Source of the DNA: Elsinoe ampelina
Lineage: Eukaryota
DNA length: 51,245 nt
Assembly (NCBI GenBank): GCA_010093995.1
Contig: ML992507.1
Span: forward strand, 875,353-926,597
Reading direction: 5' to 3'
The notes below the pieces were generated by a model. The model did no database searches. It had not been told where the DNA came from and saw only the letters and a program-made list of their open reading frames with translations. The position numbers and the translations under genes are program-made. Shown here in pieces: positions 1 through 10,008 of this stretch (position 1 is the first letter of the stretch; each line of letters begins with the position of its first letter).

Positions 1-524
1 GTACTGAAGAACTGGTACTGATGAGTCAGCGCACGCACAGTAGATAAATCGGTTATTGTAACTCTCTGAATGAAACACACGTCTCTCGATCCGATTTGCT
101 AGTTACAACAAGCCCGACCGTCTTCCGTTCCTCTTCCCACTGCTCTCGCAGCTCCAATGTCTTTAATAAGTTATGCACAAAGGCACGAGCGGATCGCAGC
201 TCTGATCTTGCCTGGAGCTGGTCATCAGCTGCGATACGACGCCACGCTTTGTGCCTATTTTACAGCTGAGGGGTACGCGGCATCTTGCAGATACATGCAA
301 GCCACACAGTAGTAGTCTCTCCCTGTAGTCTTGGAGGATCCAGCATGCTGTTTCGCATGGGGCCCATCCATACTTGATCTCCATCACTTCGCCTTTCCAG
401 AGGGTGCGCCACCATGCTCTCAGCTCATCAGCTCTTCAAGCGGTCCTTTCACAATGCTACGCTCTTGTACGTCGAAAAACTTCGATCATCGATTTCGGCT
501 CCTATCATCCGGATACGAGGGACT

Positions 525-2043
525 CTACAGATACTGTGCCTCCACGAGGACCACTTCGGGGTTGAGGACCTGCCCTGCCTCGTCCAATCTTTTCACCAGG
601 GCTGGACTCTTCGTGCGCCTTGTTCCAGCCTTCTGCCAATCGAACAGCAACGTGGCTGGCTGCTGAAACAATAGAATCCCAGCTTCGCTAGCAGCTCGGA
701 GAATGCTTCTCAGGCTTTCGGCTTGTTTCTCGCTCCCCTTGCGAGGTTGCTCCCAGGGTGCAAATGCCTCGGCAAAATCGATGACGGCGGAATCAATGAT
801 ACCGCCAACATGCTTTGCGAAGCTCCTGCTCGTGCTTGGATCTGGCGCTAGATATGCCGTTAGGACACGCCATTGCGCGAACGCTTGGGCTGCGACTGAG
901 AATATGTGAGCATGATATGGTCAATGTCTCGCTATTCGTACCTTTCTGGGAGGCGACATTGCGCCTTGGTATCCTCCCATCTGTCTGCAAGGTCTGCCCA
1001 ATCGCCGCCGGGAAGACAACAAAATCTCGGGGCAATAGGGACTCTTCGACAGCTGATGACAGCGCTATACGCCGGACTATCCATGCGACAAAGATGGTCT
1101 CGAGGACAGGCAACGCCCTCTCAGATTGCTGCAGCAACATTTGCAAGTCCTGCGGTGCAATGCGATCCAGTCTATCGGCCTGCATTGTGCGGGTTTCATC
1201 CGCTCGATCTTGATAGTGAGCTTGTACGTGTATTTGGACCAGATCAAAAAGCGTGGCGACTCTCCGCGCAATGGTACGGTCATCTTTCTCCTGCGGCAGG
1301 TGCTTTTGCCATCCACTCATGCTGGTAGACCGGCCGATTGTGCTTTTCTGGTAGGAATTTACGTCGGATATGGCAAATCCAGTTGGACACGTTATGTTCG
1401 TTCGCTTTTCGCCAGACTGTTGTGCCTTGAGCTCATCCTGCAAGCTCCCACGCAGTCCCTTGGAGCCCGGTCTCTGCACCGCTCTGCGACGGAGACAGAG
1501 CCAGATCAGTGCTGATGCGAGCAGGATACCAGCAACAAAAGTTGCAACTGCCACACCTGCGATAATGCCAGTGCCGCTACCGGAAGAGGAGCTTGTTGCC
1601 GATACTACCGGGCCAGTCCCGTTCGAGCTGGGCGAAGTCTGGTTCGGCAGACCGTCAAACGGAGTTGTGGTCGTCCCTGGAATCATCCCGTCACTGGGAC
1701 TGGGAGATGTTGGCTGGTCTCCTGGTCCAGTTGTCACGGACTCGTTCATGGGCGACAACAGACCGATCGCCTGGGCTGCATTGATGAAACGCTGTCCCTG
1801 ATCGGCAGGTCGCGGGTAGAAAACTGTCAAATTTGCTGTTGGCAGTACAAGCACATTGGTGGGTGTACCGGGTGTCGATTGAGTGCGCGCAGAGACCGTC
1901 GTCTCTGGTGCAGTATTAGATGGATCCCCAAGCGATGACCGTAGAAGCACTGGCACGTCCGCCAGAATAATGGTCAATGACGCAGTGTCCTGAGCTGTCG
2001 AAATGCCATCCAAATTGATGGATGTGTATGTGTAATCAGCCAT
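525..2043 (-). CDS. Single-pass membrane protein: S/T/P-rich N-terminal stalk, one TM helix, cytoplasmic helical/beta C-terminal domain (possibly GrpE/Mieap-like); 2 exons
   Basis: ATG at 2043. TM segment GIIAGVAVATFVAGILLASALIWLCL followed by RRR. Phase-1 intron 941..896 (GTACGA...CTCAG) gives an open second exon VAAQAFAQWRVLTAYL...AGILLFQQPATLLFDW...SPALVKRLDEAGQVLNPEVVLVEAQYL, ending in TAG at 527..525. Confidence 0.8.
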
Positions 2044-2552
2044 TGCGAAGAAAGACTTCGTGATATCTGGAGGAGACCTGTCTTCCTGTGCGAGCGGAGA
2101 GGTGGGTATTGAAATGAACAGTGTGTTGCAGAGCGCGCCAGAAATATAGGAAAAAGTGACATTAATCTGAAGGCTCCGGTGGTGACCCTCAGAGAGTCAA
2201 TACAAAGAGGTTACCTCCACCCCAACCGGGAAAGGCAACGAATTCGACGCCCTGTCGATCTGCATGCTCCCTCAACTGCGAGTTCTAATCATTCATAGGC
2301 GCCTTCGACGGATCGCTTATGGCGAAGATTGACCTTCTGGACCAAATTAGAACTCGCACGACTCGCGACACAATCTTCAGCTGCGGCTGTAACCCCTGTG
2401 TGATTGCACACAGGTGGGACTAGTATGCAGGCAAAAGGTGGCTTACAGCTGCACTATTGGGTGGCACACCTCAAATATTGACCTACCTGGTGTCCAACCA
2501 AGCTTTCGCAAGTCGTACAATTCTTCGCAACGCTCGCTCCATCGTCGCATCT

Positions 2553-4573
2553 ATGGATGACACGAATTTTTACCGCCCAGGGAAGCCTGATATTGTCGTC
2601 GGCATTGATGTCGGGCAGACTTGCTCGGTAACTAGCTGATCTGTTAGTACAAATGGTCACTGACTGATCATGCTAGGGTATCGCATACTCGATCGGTCCC
2701 GACTGGAGCGAACCGAGAACTTTGAACAAATGGCCGAGCAATGAAGGTATCGAGAAAGCCGACAAAGTTGCAACGTGCGTCGGATATGCAAAGAGTGACG
2801 GGCGGCTTGTCAATTGGGGCTTCAAGTCCGACTTCCGGGACATTAATGTGGTCGTCCACGAGCAGTTCAAGCTTTTCCTGGACGCAGAGTACGATGAAGA
2901 AAGGAAAGGCAGCTGTGAGGAAGCTCGACGATGGTACTTTGACTATCTACGCTGCCTATACTATGAGATTGAGAAGTTCTTCGACTCGACAATCCCAGCT
3001 TGGCGGTCACTACAAATTGAGTACAACTTCAGCACTCCGACAACATGGAGGAACCCAGCGATGATAGCAAGTATCGAGAAGCTCATCTCCAGGTCCGGCT
3101 TCGGTAGCACCAGGCAGCAGACTGTGCGCATGGCTCTCACCGAGGCCGAAGCTGCTGCGATTGAAGCATCCACGACACAGTACAAGAAGGGGGACGTATT
3201 CCTGATCTGCGACGTAAGTGACACCAGACTCCAACGGCAGTTCCATAGTTGATTCGACCAGGCTGGAGGCGGCACAACCGACGTCAACATACTCAAGGTC
3301 AAATCCTTTGACCGACAGATAGAGCTGGAGCCTCTTGACCACGTCGAGGGTGTGCCGATTGGATCCACACTCATCGACTTCAAGGTCACGCAATATATCG
3401 TCGAACGTCTGGGACTCATCAGCGACAAGCTCGAAGGTGATGTCTTCTTTCTTGCGGAGCAAATGCTTAAAGGTCGATTCCAGACGATCAAGCACTCATT
3501 CCCCGACCCGGTCATCGATGAATTCTACCTCGACGTTAAAGGGCTTCCAGGCTCACAGACCTTTCCGGAAGCAGATATCACAAATTCCAAGATGAAGATT
3601 CCTCGCACGGTACTCCAGGCCATTTTCGACCAACAGATCGGAAGGATCGTCCAGCTCATCGACGAGCGGCTGCTGCATTTACAAAATATGTTTCCAAGCG
3701 AAGAGGTCTGCTACATCATCCTCTCTGGTGGACTCGGCAGTTCGCCGTATCTGTATCAAGCGATCAAGAACCGGTACCAGTTCCGCTTTGACATGCATCT
3801 GCGGAACACCCGACGGCTGACCGTGATGAAAGTCCTCGAGCCGTGAGTGCACCCTATTCGAGCTTGAAATCATTCCTAACATCATACCAGCCAGCTCGCC
3901 GTCGTCTACGGTCTCGTCAAAGAACGCACACAACAGATCGGTACCAACACCTCCCTCGGCGAAGAAGTCTTCTCCACCCGCTGCTGCCGCAACAGCTACG
4001 GCATCGTCGTCCGCGAACTCTACGACGAAACCCGGCACGCCGGCCTGCCCTTCATCGAAGACGCCAACGACGGCTGCAAATGGGCGCCCAACCTCATCGA
4101 GTAGGTACCCCGCTACCTCCGTTCCTCCCCGACTAACCTCCTCCTCCTCCAGTTGGTTCATCCGCCAAGGCCAACGCATCAACGTCGCCGAAGGCATCAA
4201 ACGCCCTTACAACGCGACCATCACGCACGGGGCCCAACACGCCCCCCGCCGCGCCCAAATCGTCATGTCCTCTCTTCCCGCACACCAACTCCCTCGCGCC
4301 CTCAGCCGAACAGGCTGGACCGACGTGGCAACCGTCGTATACCAGCTCACGGACAATGACCTCAAGCTGAAGAACCGGCAGCTGTGGAAGGTGAAGAAGA
4401 AGTACTGGCGGGCGAATTTCGATTTCGTGGTGTTGCTTGGGCCGGCGGATTTGAGGTTCCAGATCAGAGGGAGAGACGGGGTGATTAGCAGTGATCACGA
4501 GAGGATGGGGGTGGAGTTTGTGGACCCTGGGGAGGTGTGGAAGGTGGATTCGAAGGAGGTGGTGGGGAAATAG
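2553..4573 (+). CDS. Hsp70-family actin-like ATPase, HSPA12-like; 5 exons
   Basis: Introns 2628-2676, 3214-3261, 3843-3890 and 4101-4152 (all GT-AG) join the ORF fragments. Motifs: VVGIDVGQTCSGIAYS (phosphate-1), FSTPTTW, TEAEAAA, ICDAGGGTTDV (phosphate-2), IILSGGLGSSPYL (adenosine), PQLAVVYG. No canonical DnaK lid or EEVD. Confidence 0.9.
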
Positions 4574-4725
4574 GTACCACGAGAAGAGGATAGGGGGGTT
4601 TTGGAGAACCACAAGCGTCTTGAAGGGGAATCCAAGCGGATCTGACCTCGGTCGGTTTGTAACATTCGATTGGCTCATCTCGCGTATCTACCATTACCTT
4701 CCTCCCCCCCCTCCCATTTGCCCAT

Positions 4726-5559
4726 CTACAACAACAACATCGCAAAAGCCCCCACGCCCAATACCGGCACCGCAACCCCCAACTTCCCCGCCGCCCCCGT
4801 GAAGCTCGCCACAGGCGGCCTCGTCCCAGTCGCACTCGCGCTCCCACCAGGCGCCACTGAAGCCGTCGCATTAGGCGTGAACCCCGGCGCCGTCTTCACC
4901 GCCCCAGTATTATTCGCATTCTGGACCACGAAATAGTTCGCCTCCAACAACTCCACACCCTCCTGCTCCGTGATCGCGCTGATGGAGAAATTGTTCCTCT
5001 GCGATGATGACTGCGGGCGGAGAGCACCGCCTGCGAGCGCGGCGGGCACGGTGAAGGTCGAGGGTTGGTTGAAGAGGTACCAGGTGTAGATGTGGGGGAT
5101 GTCGCCCTGGGGTGGTTGGGGGCCTGCGTAGTCTGCTACCGCGGGCGTGCCGGAGGGGGTGAGGAGGCCGGAGGCGCCGACGGTGAGGTTGGTTTGGAGC
5201 CAGTGCAGGCGGGTGGTGCGGTCGGAGCCGATGCCGGGTGCGACGGGGCCGGGGGCGGGGGGGAGGCGGCTGAGGGGGAGGGAGAGGTCGAGCATCACGA
5301 GCATGTAGGGGCCGGGGGCGGGTTGGCGGGTGTTGACTCGTGGTTGGGTTTGGGCGACTGGTGGTGGTTAGCAGGAACGGGGATGGGAGCGGTGGTACTA
5401 CTTACGGGCTTGAGGATACTCGGTGCCGGGGTTGATGGGGGTGTTGCCGTAGGTCACATCGAGGCGGCTGTCGGTGTCTGGTTCACTGTCGTCTGGAGTC
5501 TGCGCAAGGACTCTGGATGCGCAAAAGAGCAGCGCAGCGGCGGCGTTGCGGATATACAT
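4726..5559 (-). CDS. Secreted, probably GPI-anchored PEBP (phosphatidylethanolamine-binding) family protein; 2 exons
   Basis: Signal peptide MYIRNAAAALLFCASRVLAQ. Intron 5405..5358 (GTAAGT...CTAAC...CAG). PEBP motifs YMLVMLD, LHWLQ, YAGPQPPQGDIPHIYTWYLFNQP. C-terminal FTGAA plus hydrophobic tail. Confidence 0.85.
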
Positions 5560-6324
5560 GGTAGGTAGTAAGGACGAGCAGGTAGGGGCTACGGGTGAGG
5601 ATGAGGAGAGGTAGATTGACCTACCCAAGGGCGTCTGCACTATATATGACCATTACAGCCATCACGACAGCCAAGCCGGCGGCGCGGACAAACAGTGCCT
5701 GGCGGGAACGTGCTGGGATGGCTTGTGAGGTGCATCTGGTGCTTGGATCGAGAAGTGTGCAGGGGCAGATCGCGAGTCAGGAACAGGTTGGAGAAGCGGT
5801 GATCAACAGATGAGATGACGTCTGTGATGCAGCCATTTCTCCGCATTTGGTCACCTCAAGATGCACCACGACGTTTTTCAAGCTCGATTCAACGTCGGTT
5901 GCAGAGGAGAGCAATGTTGCAAGCAATCTTGCCGGCTGGCAGACACTGCCGTGGTCAATTGACTTTGAGTCTGGTTGAGGCTCCGTCACTGCCCCCAGCG
6001 GCTCTGCTCGGACGAGAATGAGAAGCATCATCGAGGCGGGCAACCTAGCTAGGATCTATGAGCTAGGCAGCCTGGGCCTTCGTCAGAGCTTCCCAGAACC
6101 AAGTTCCTGGAGCCGGAGAACATGTTCCTCTGTTGCAATAGAGTTCAAAGCTGGGGCATTGCAGAAGTATGTACAGCTTCATTAGGCTCATCCAAGTGAA
6201 AGAGCTCTGGTAAGAAATAGGCTTGCTATGAAATACGGAGTCATTAGCGATCCAACTTTTGTATTACTGCCAACCTGCCAGTTCCACCTGACATTTGTCG
6301 AGTCATCATCATGGTCTGTGATGC

Positions 6325-7652
6325 CTATTCTGAAGCCCACCTGCTTTCCCTCAGCGGCATCTCCTTGCCTTCTTTCGCCCTGGACCCGTCTGTTTCGGCT
6401 TTCCAGGCGTAGTATTCTCCGAGTCTCACCTCTGCGTAAGAAGGGTAGTCAAAGTCGATTTGCGATATCTGTGCCTGTATGAGAGCCCAGACGCCCCAAT
6501 AGAAGCCAGGTACACCTCGAAAGAGATCGACCTGCGCATACAGATGCTCCACTGCCTCAGCTTGAGATGCTTCTGAGCTGTCCGGATTTACATGATGGCG
6601 GTAAGATGCAACATAATGCTCGATGAATTCTCTCCTTTGCGATTTGGTCGGCATGGCATTGTAGTCGCAGTCGAATCCACCCCACTCAGCAAAATGGTTG
6701 GCGATGTCGAATGCAGCTGGCGCAGGAGTGGCATATTCGTAGTCGATGAATCCGATCTTGGGCTTGGTGTTCCCGTTGGCGTGTCCATTTGCCCTTGACT
6801 TCTGCACAATGACATTGCCGCAAAGCAAATCGCAGTGGCTGAAGATGTAATCCTTGCCGTACAAGCCGTGTGACTTGATCAATTGCGATTTGAGCTGATC
6901 ATTTTCGACTTGCAATGTCTTTATCCGCTGACGCTGGCTGTCGTTCTGGGCCGGAAGCGCATCAATCCACGACTGCAAGACTGACCAGAGATTTGGAAAC
7001 GGAACCGAAGTTTTTGCAGCCCCATTCACTTGCCCGTTTGTCCTCGCCTGAACATCCTGGACATCACTGATTGCATCGATTGACAAAGATCCGTGCCATT
7101 GACCTAGCTTTTCCGCTACAGCGCAGTATATCTCTTGTCTTCGAATGTCTTGGGGGGTGCAAACGTCTCCGGCGATGAATTTGTAGAGCAGTCCATTGTT
7201 GAATCGAGCAAAGAGGGGTGGGGCGAGACCTTTGCAGGCAAGGAGAGAATGTGCTCGGATTTCTCCTGTTTTGCTATCAGCAATTGTACGTCACGAGACC
7301 TTTTGTTTACTCACGTTCCCGATCAATGAGCACGTCGGTGCCCTCTCCGTATGCCCGGAGGAGAATAGCTTCCTCGTCAATGTCATCCTGAGAATAGCCC
7401 GGCCGCTTCTTCTCTGCTTTCAAGAGCTGTACCTGTCAGGACGCGCGTCTGTGAGTACAGGGTGGGGGCACTTGCCGTGTTCGTGATACCATCCGTGAAG
7501 CGGACAAAGTTGATCTCTCCTTCAGACTGTTGCCATTCTGGCAGTAGGGTATACAGCAGAAGTAACGCAGATTTCTCCGAATTAAAAGGGTCATATGAAA
7601 GCTCCAATTGTCGAACGGCGAGGGGAGAGTCTGCCCTTGGAGTAGGCACCAT
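6325..7652 (-). CDS. EKI1: Ethanolamine/choline kinase; 3 exons
   Basis: FTDGITNT|LLK, LLRAYGEGTDVLIDRERE, Brenner motif HCDLLCGNVI, FIDYEYA, AFDIANHFAEWGG. Introns 7475..7427 (GC-AG) and 7314..7266 (GT-AG). Confidence 0.92.
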
Positions 7653-8611
7653 GTTTACAGGGATCTCAAGGAGGCCGAGGTTGTAGGAATAAAGGCAATT
7701 GCAATAACCTGTTCGTCCAGTGCAGCATGAAGTAGTGGCCAGTACAGGGTTAGTCGCGCAATCGCGAAGAACAAATACAGACAATGTAGAAAGGGTGCGA
7801 TGGGAAACGTGATCGAGGTCTGGCGCCCGTTTAAAATGGACGGGCATGTGCGTCTTGGGACATGTGTCTGTGTGTGTCCAGCGGTGGGGTCTTTCGGGTC
7901 TTTCCCCTCTGTGCAACTACAGTCAAAGCTGGATATAGTGATATCTTTTGCCAGAGGCCTTTTTATCACTATAAAGAGCTTATCACTCTATCGAATTGAG
8001 GCTCAAATTGGCTTAGCAGTCAATCTCTATTGCGTGAGGAAGTAACTATCTAGAGATCTCTATATTATGCCCTTAATTGCTCTCCTTTTTAGCTTCTTCT
8101 CTTACCTTCTTAGTGCTCTTATCTAGTCGTAATCGTAGTCGTTAGCTTGCTCTTTATGCAGCTAGAGTTAAGCTAGAAGTTATAAGGCCTTAGAGGCCTT
8201 TATATAAGGTAGCTCCTTACTAATCTCCTTATTAGACTTCTTCTCTAGAGTAGCTATAAACTACTTAGCTAGAGTCTCTAAAAAGGCCTTATTAACGCTC
8301 TCTAAGGTGTCCTCTACCCTCTCTTCTAGTAGAGCTAGTAGCTCGTTAATATCTATAGCTTAATAAATAACCTATTAGTGTTTAAGGCTAGTAAGCTAAG
8401 CCTTTAACTACTTCTCTAGCTAGTGCTACTTATCTATAGATATACTAAAAGACTTAGCCTACTAGTAAGTAATTAGACTAGCTATAAGGAGACTAGTATA
8501 ACGCTAGTAATTTGCTATAGTGAAAGGTGTAATAGTATTCTAAGCCTATATAAGGTTTCTTATAGCCTTAAGAATATTTATACTCTTATAAGGATCCCTA
8601 TAAAGAGTAAC

Positions 8612-8798
8612 TATTAAAGCCTTATATTAAAGCTATATATGTCGTAATATAGAGAATGCCTATTTAACTAAATAGTTTATTAGTAGTAGAACTAATTACT
8701 ATTAAGTTTAAGACGTAAGTGCTATATAAGATAAGTAGGTATATTACGTAAGCGGGACTAGCCGCTACTAAGTGCCGCCCTAATACTAGGCCCTTATA
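8612..8798 (-). repeat. 3' LTR of the Gypsy element
   Basis: Direct repeat of 15115-15301 with 17 mismatches, all transitions. Termini TA...TA are RIPed TG...CA. Adjacent to the PPT. Confidence 0.95.
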
Positions 8799-9236
8799 AT
8801 TGCCTCCTCCTCTAGGAGAGCTATCCTTAGCTCTTAACTAGAAGTATATAATGTATAGCGCCTTCTAGAGGTAATATAGACTTAAGGTAGTTAAGGTATT
8901 TATATAAAAGCCTCGTATATGTCTCGTATACTACTTAGTAGTAGTAATCCTAGGGATCTAGTTCCTATAGGGGCGTTTGTCTAGTCGCTATAGTACTAAA
9001 GCTAATCGGCAGTAATAATATTACTTTTCTTAGAATTTCTAGTAGTATTATAGGAGATATACGCCTTATACTAGCGGCTATAATAAAGATATAGTATACT
9101 AGAGGTTAGTCTATATAATCTTGTTATTCTCCCTTATATTCTCTTTTTCTATCTAAAATATATCTATATTTTATTAATCTCTTACTATATAAGTATACTA
9201 CCTACGACTATTATATTATCTAACTCTAGCCTCTCT

Positions 9237-10008
9237 ATAGCTAATACTCGTAGTATAAGGTTAGCTAGCGCCTAGGGAGCTATTACTACTAGCGCTAACC
9301 CTACGACTCTCTTACTTTCTAAAGAGAAGACTAATACCTATACTAGGTGCACTAATAGCGTCGCTAAGAGTAAGCTAATAGAGCTCTTATAAGAGACATA
9401 ACTAATTCGTAGTAGATTATATCTATACTAGAGGTAACTTTAGTATCTTCTTCTATTATAAGTATAAATACTACGCCTATAGTAAGTACGTATATAAGCT
9501 ACTTCTATCTATTCTATATAACGTCTACGTCGACGTCTTTAATATAGTTACTAAGCTTAAGGCCCCTAACTAGGCTAGTATTACTATAGCTAAGAAGTAT
9601 ATATATACTATAGCCTATAAGAATATCTCTAAGGTTAAGAAGTTTAAGACTATACTTAAGGTATACTACACTAATAAGAATAAGGTTATTAGTAAGGTCT
9701 TAACTCCTTATATAGAGCCTATAGGCGGCTCGCTTAGTAGTGTTACGCTCGAGTATAAGAAGGTTAAGGAGCTATAGAAGATTAGGCGTAGCCTTTATAG
9801 CTTAATTACTATTAGTAAGGAGGTAAGTTAGACTATGCTCTATATACGTTACGAATATAGCTAATAGGTTTAGATAGTATATAACTCCGATAGTTCTACT
9901 ACTAAAATAGACTATATTATAGCTAGTAGGCAGCTTATAGCCTCTATAGTACCTATAGGGGAGAATCTTAGTATAGAGGTAAACGAGGAGAATAGTAAGG
10001 ACAAGTAG
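9237..10008 (+). pseudogene. RIP-mutated, intron-containing extra gene antisense to pol inside the Gypsy element; Zn2Cys6-like Cys cluster
   Basis: One reading frame is kept across introns 9370-9412 (GTAAGC...CTAAT...TAG) and 9823-9873 (GTAAGT...GCTAAT...TAG), with only three internal TAG stops, each explainable by transitions. De-RIPed reading: MANTRS...CTRC...C...KCEYCARGKHAC...acidic tail. Confidence 0.6.

Noticed and set aside
1..520. Short ORFs on both strands at the window start
   Set aside because: No recognisable motifs; consistent with the 3' flank of the 525-2043 gene.
4726..7652. PEBP gene next to ethanolamine kinase as a possible phosphatidylethanolamine cluster
   Set aside because: The link is only nominal: the PEBP is secreted/GPI-type and the kinase is cytosolic housekeeping. 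No evidence of co-regulation.
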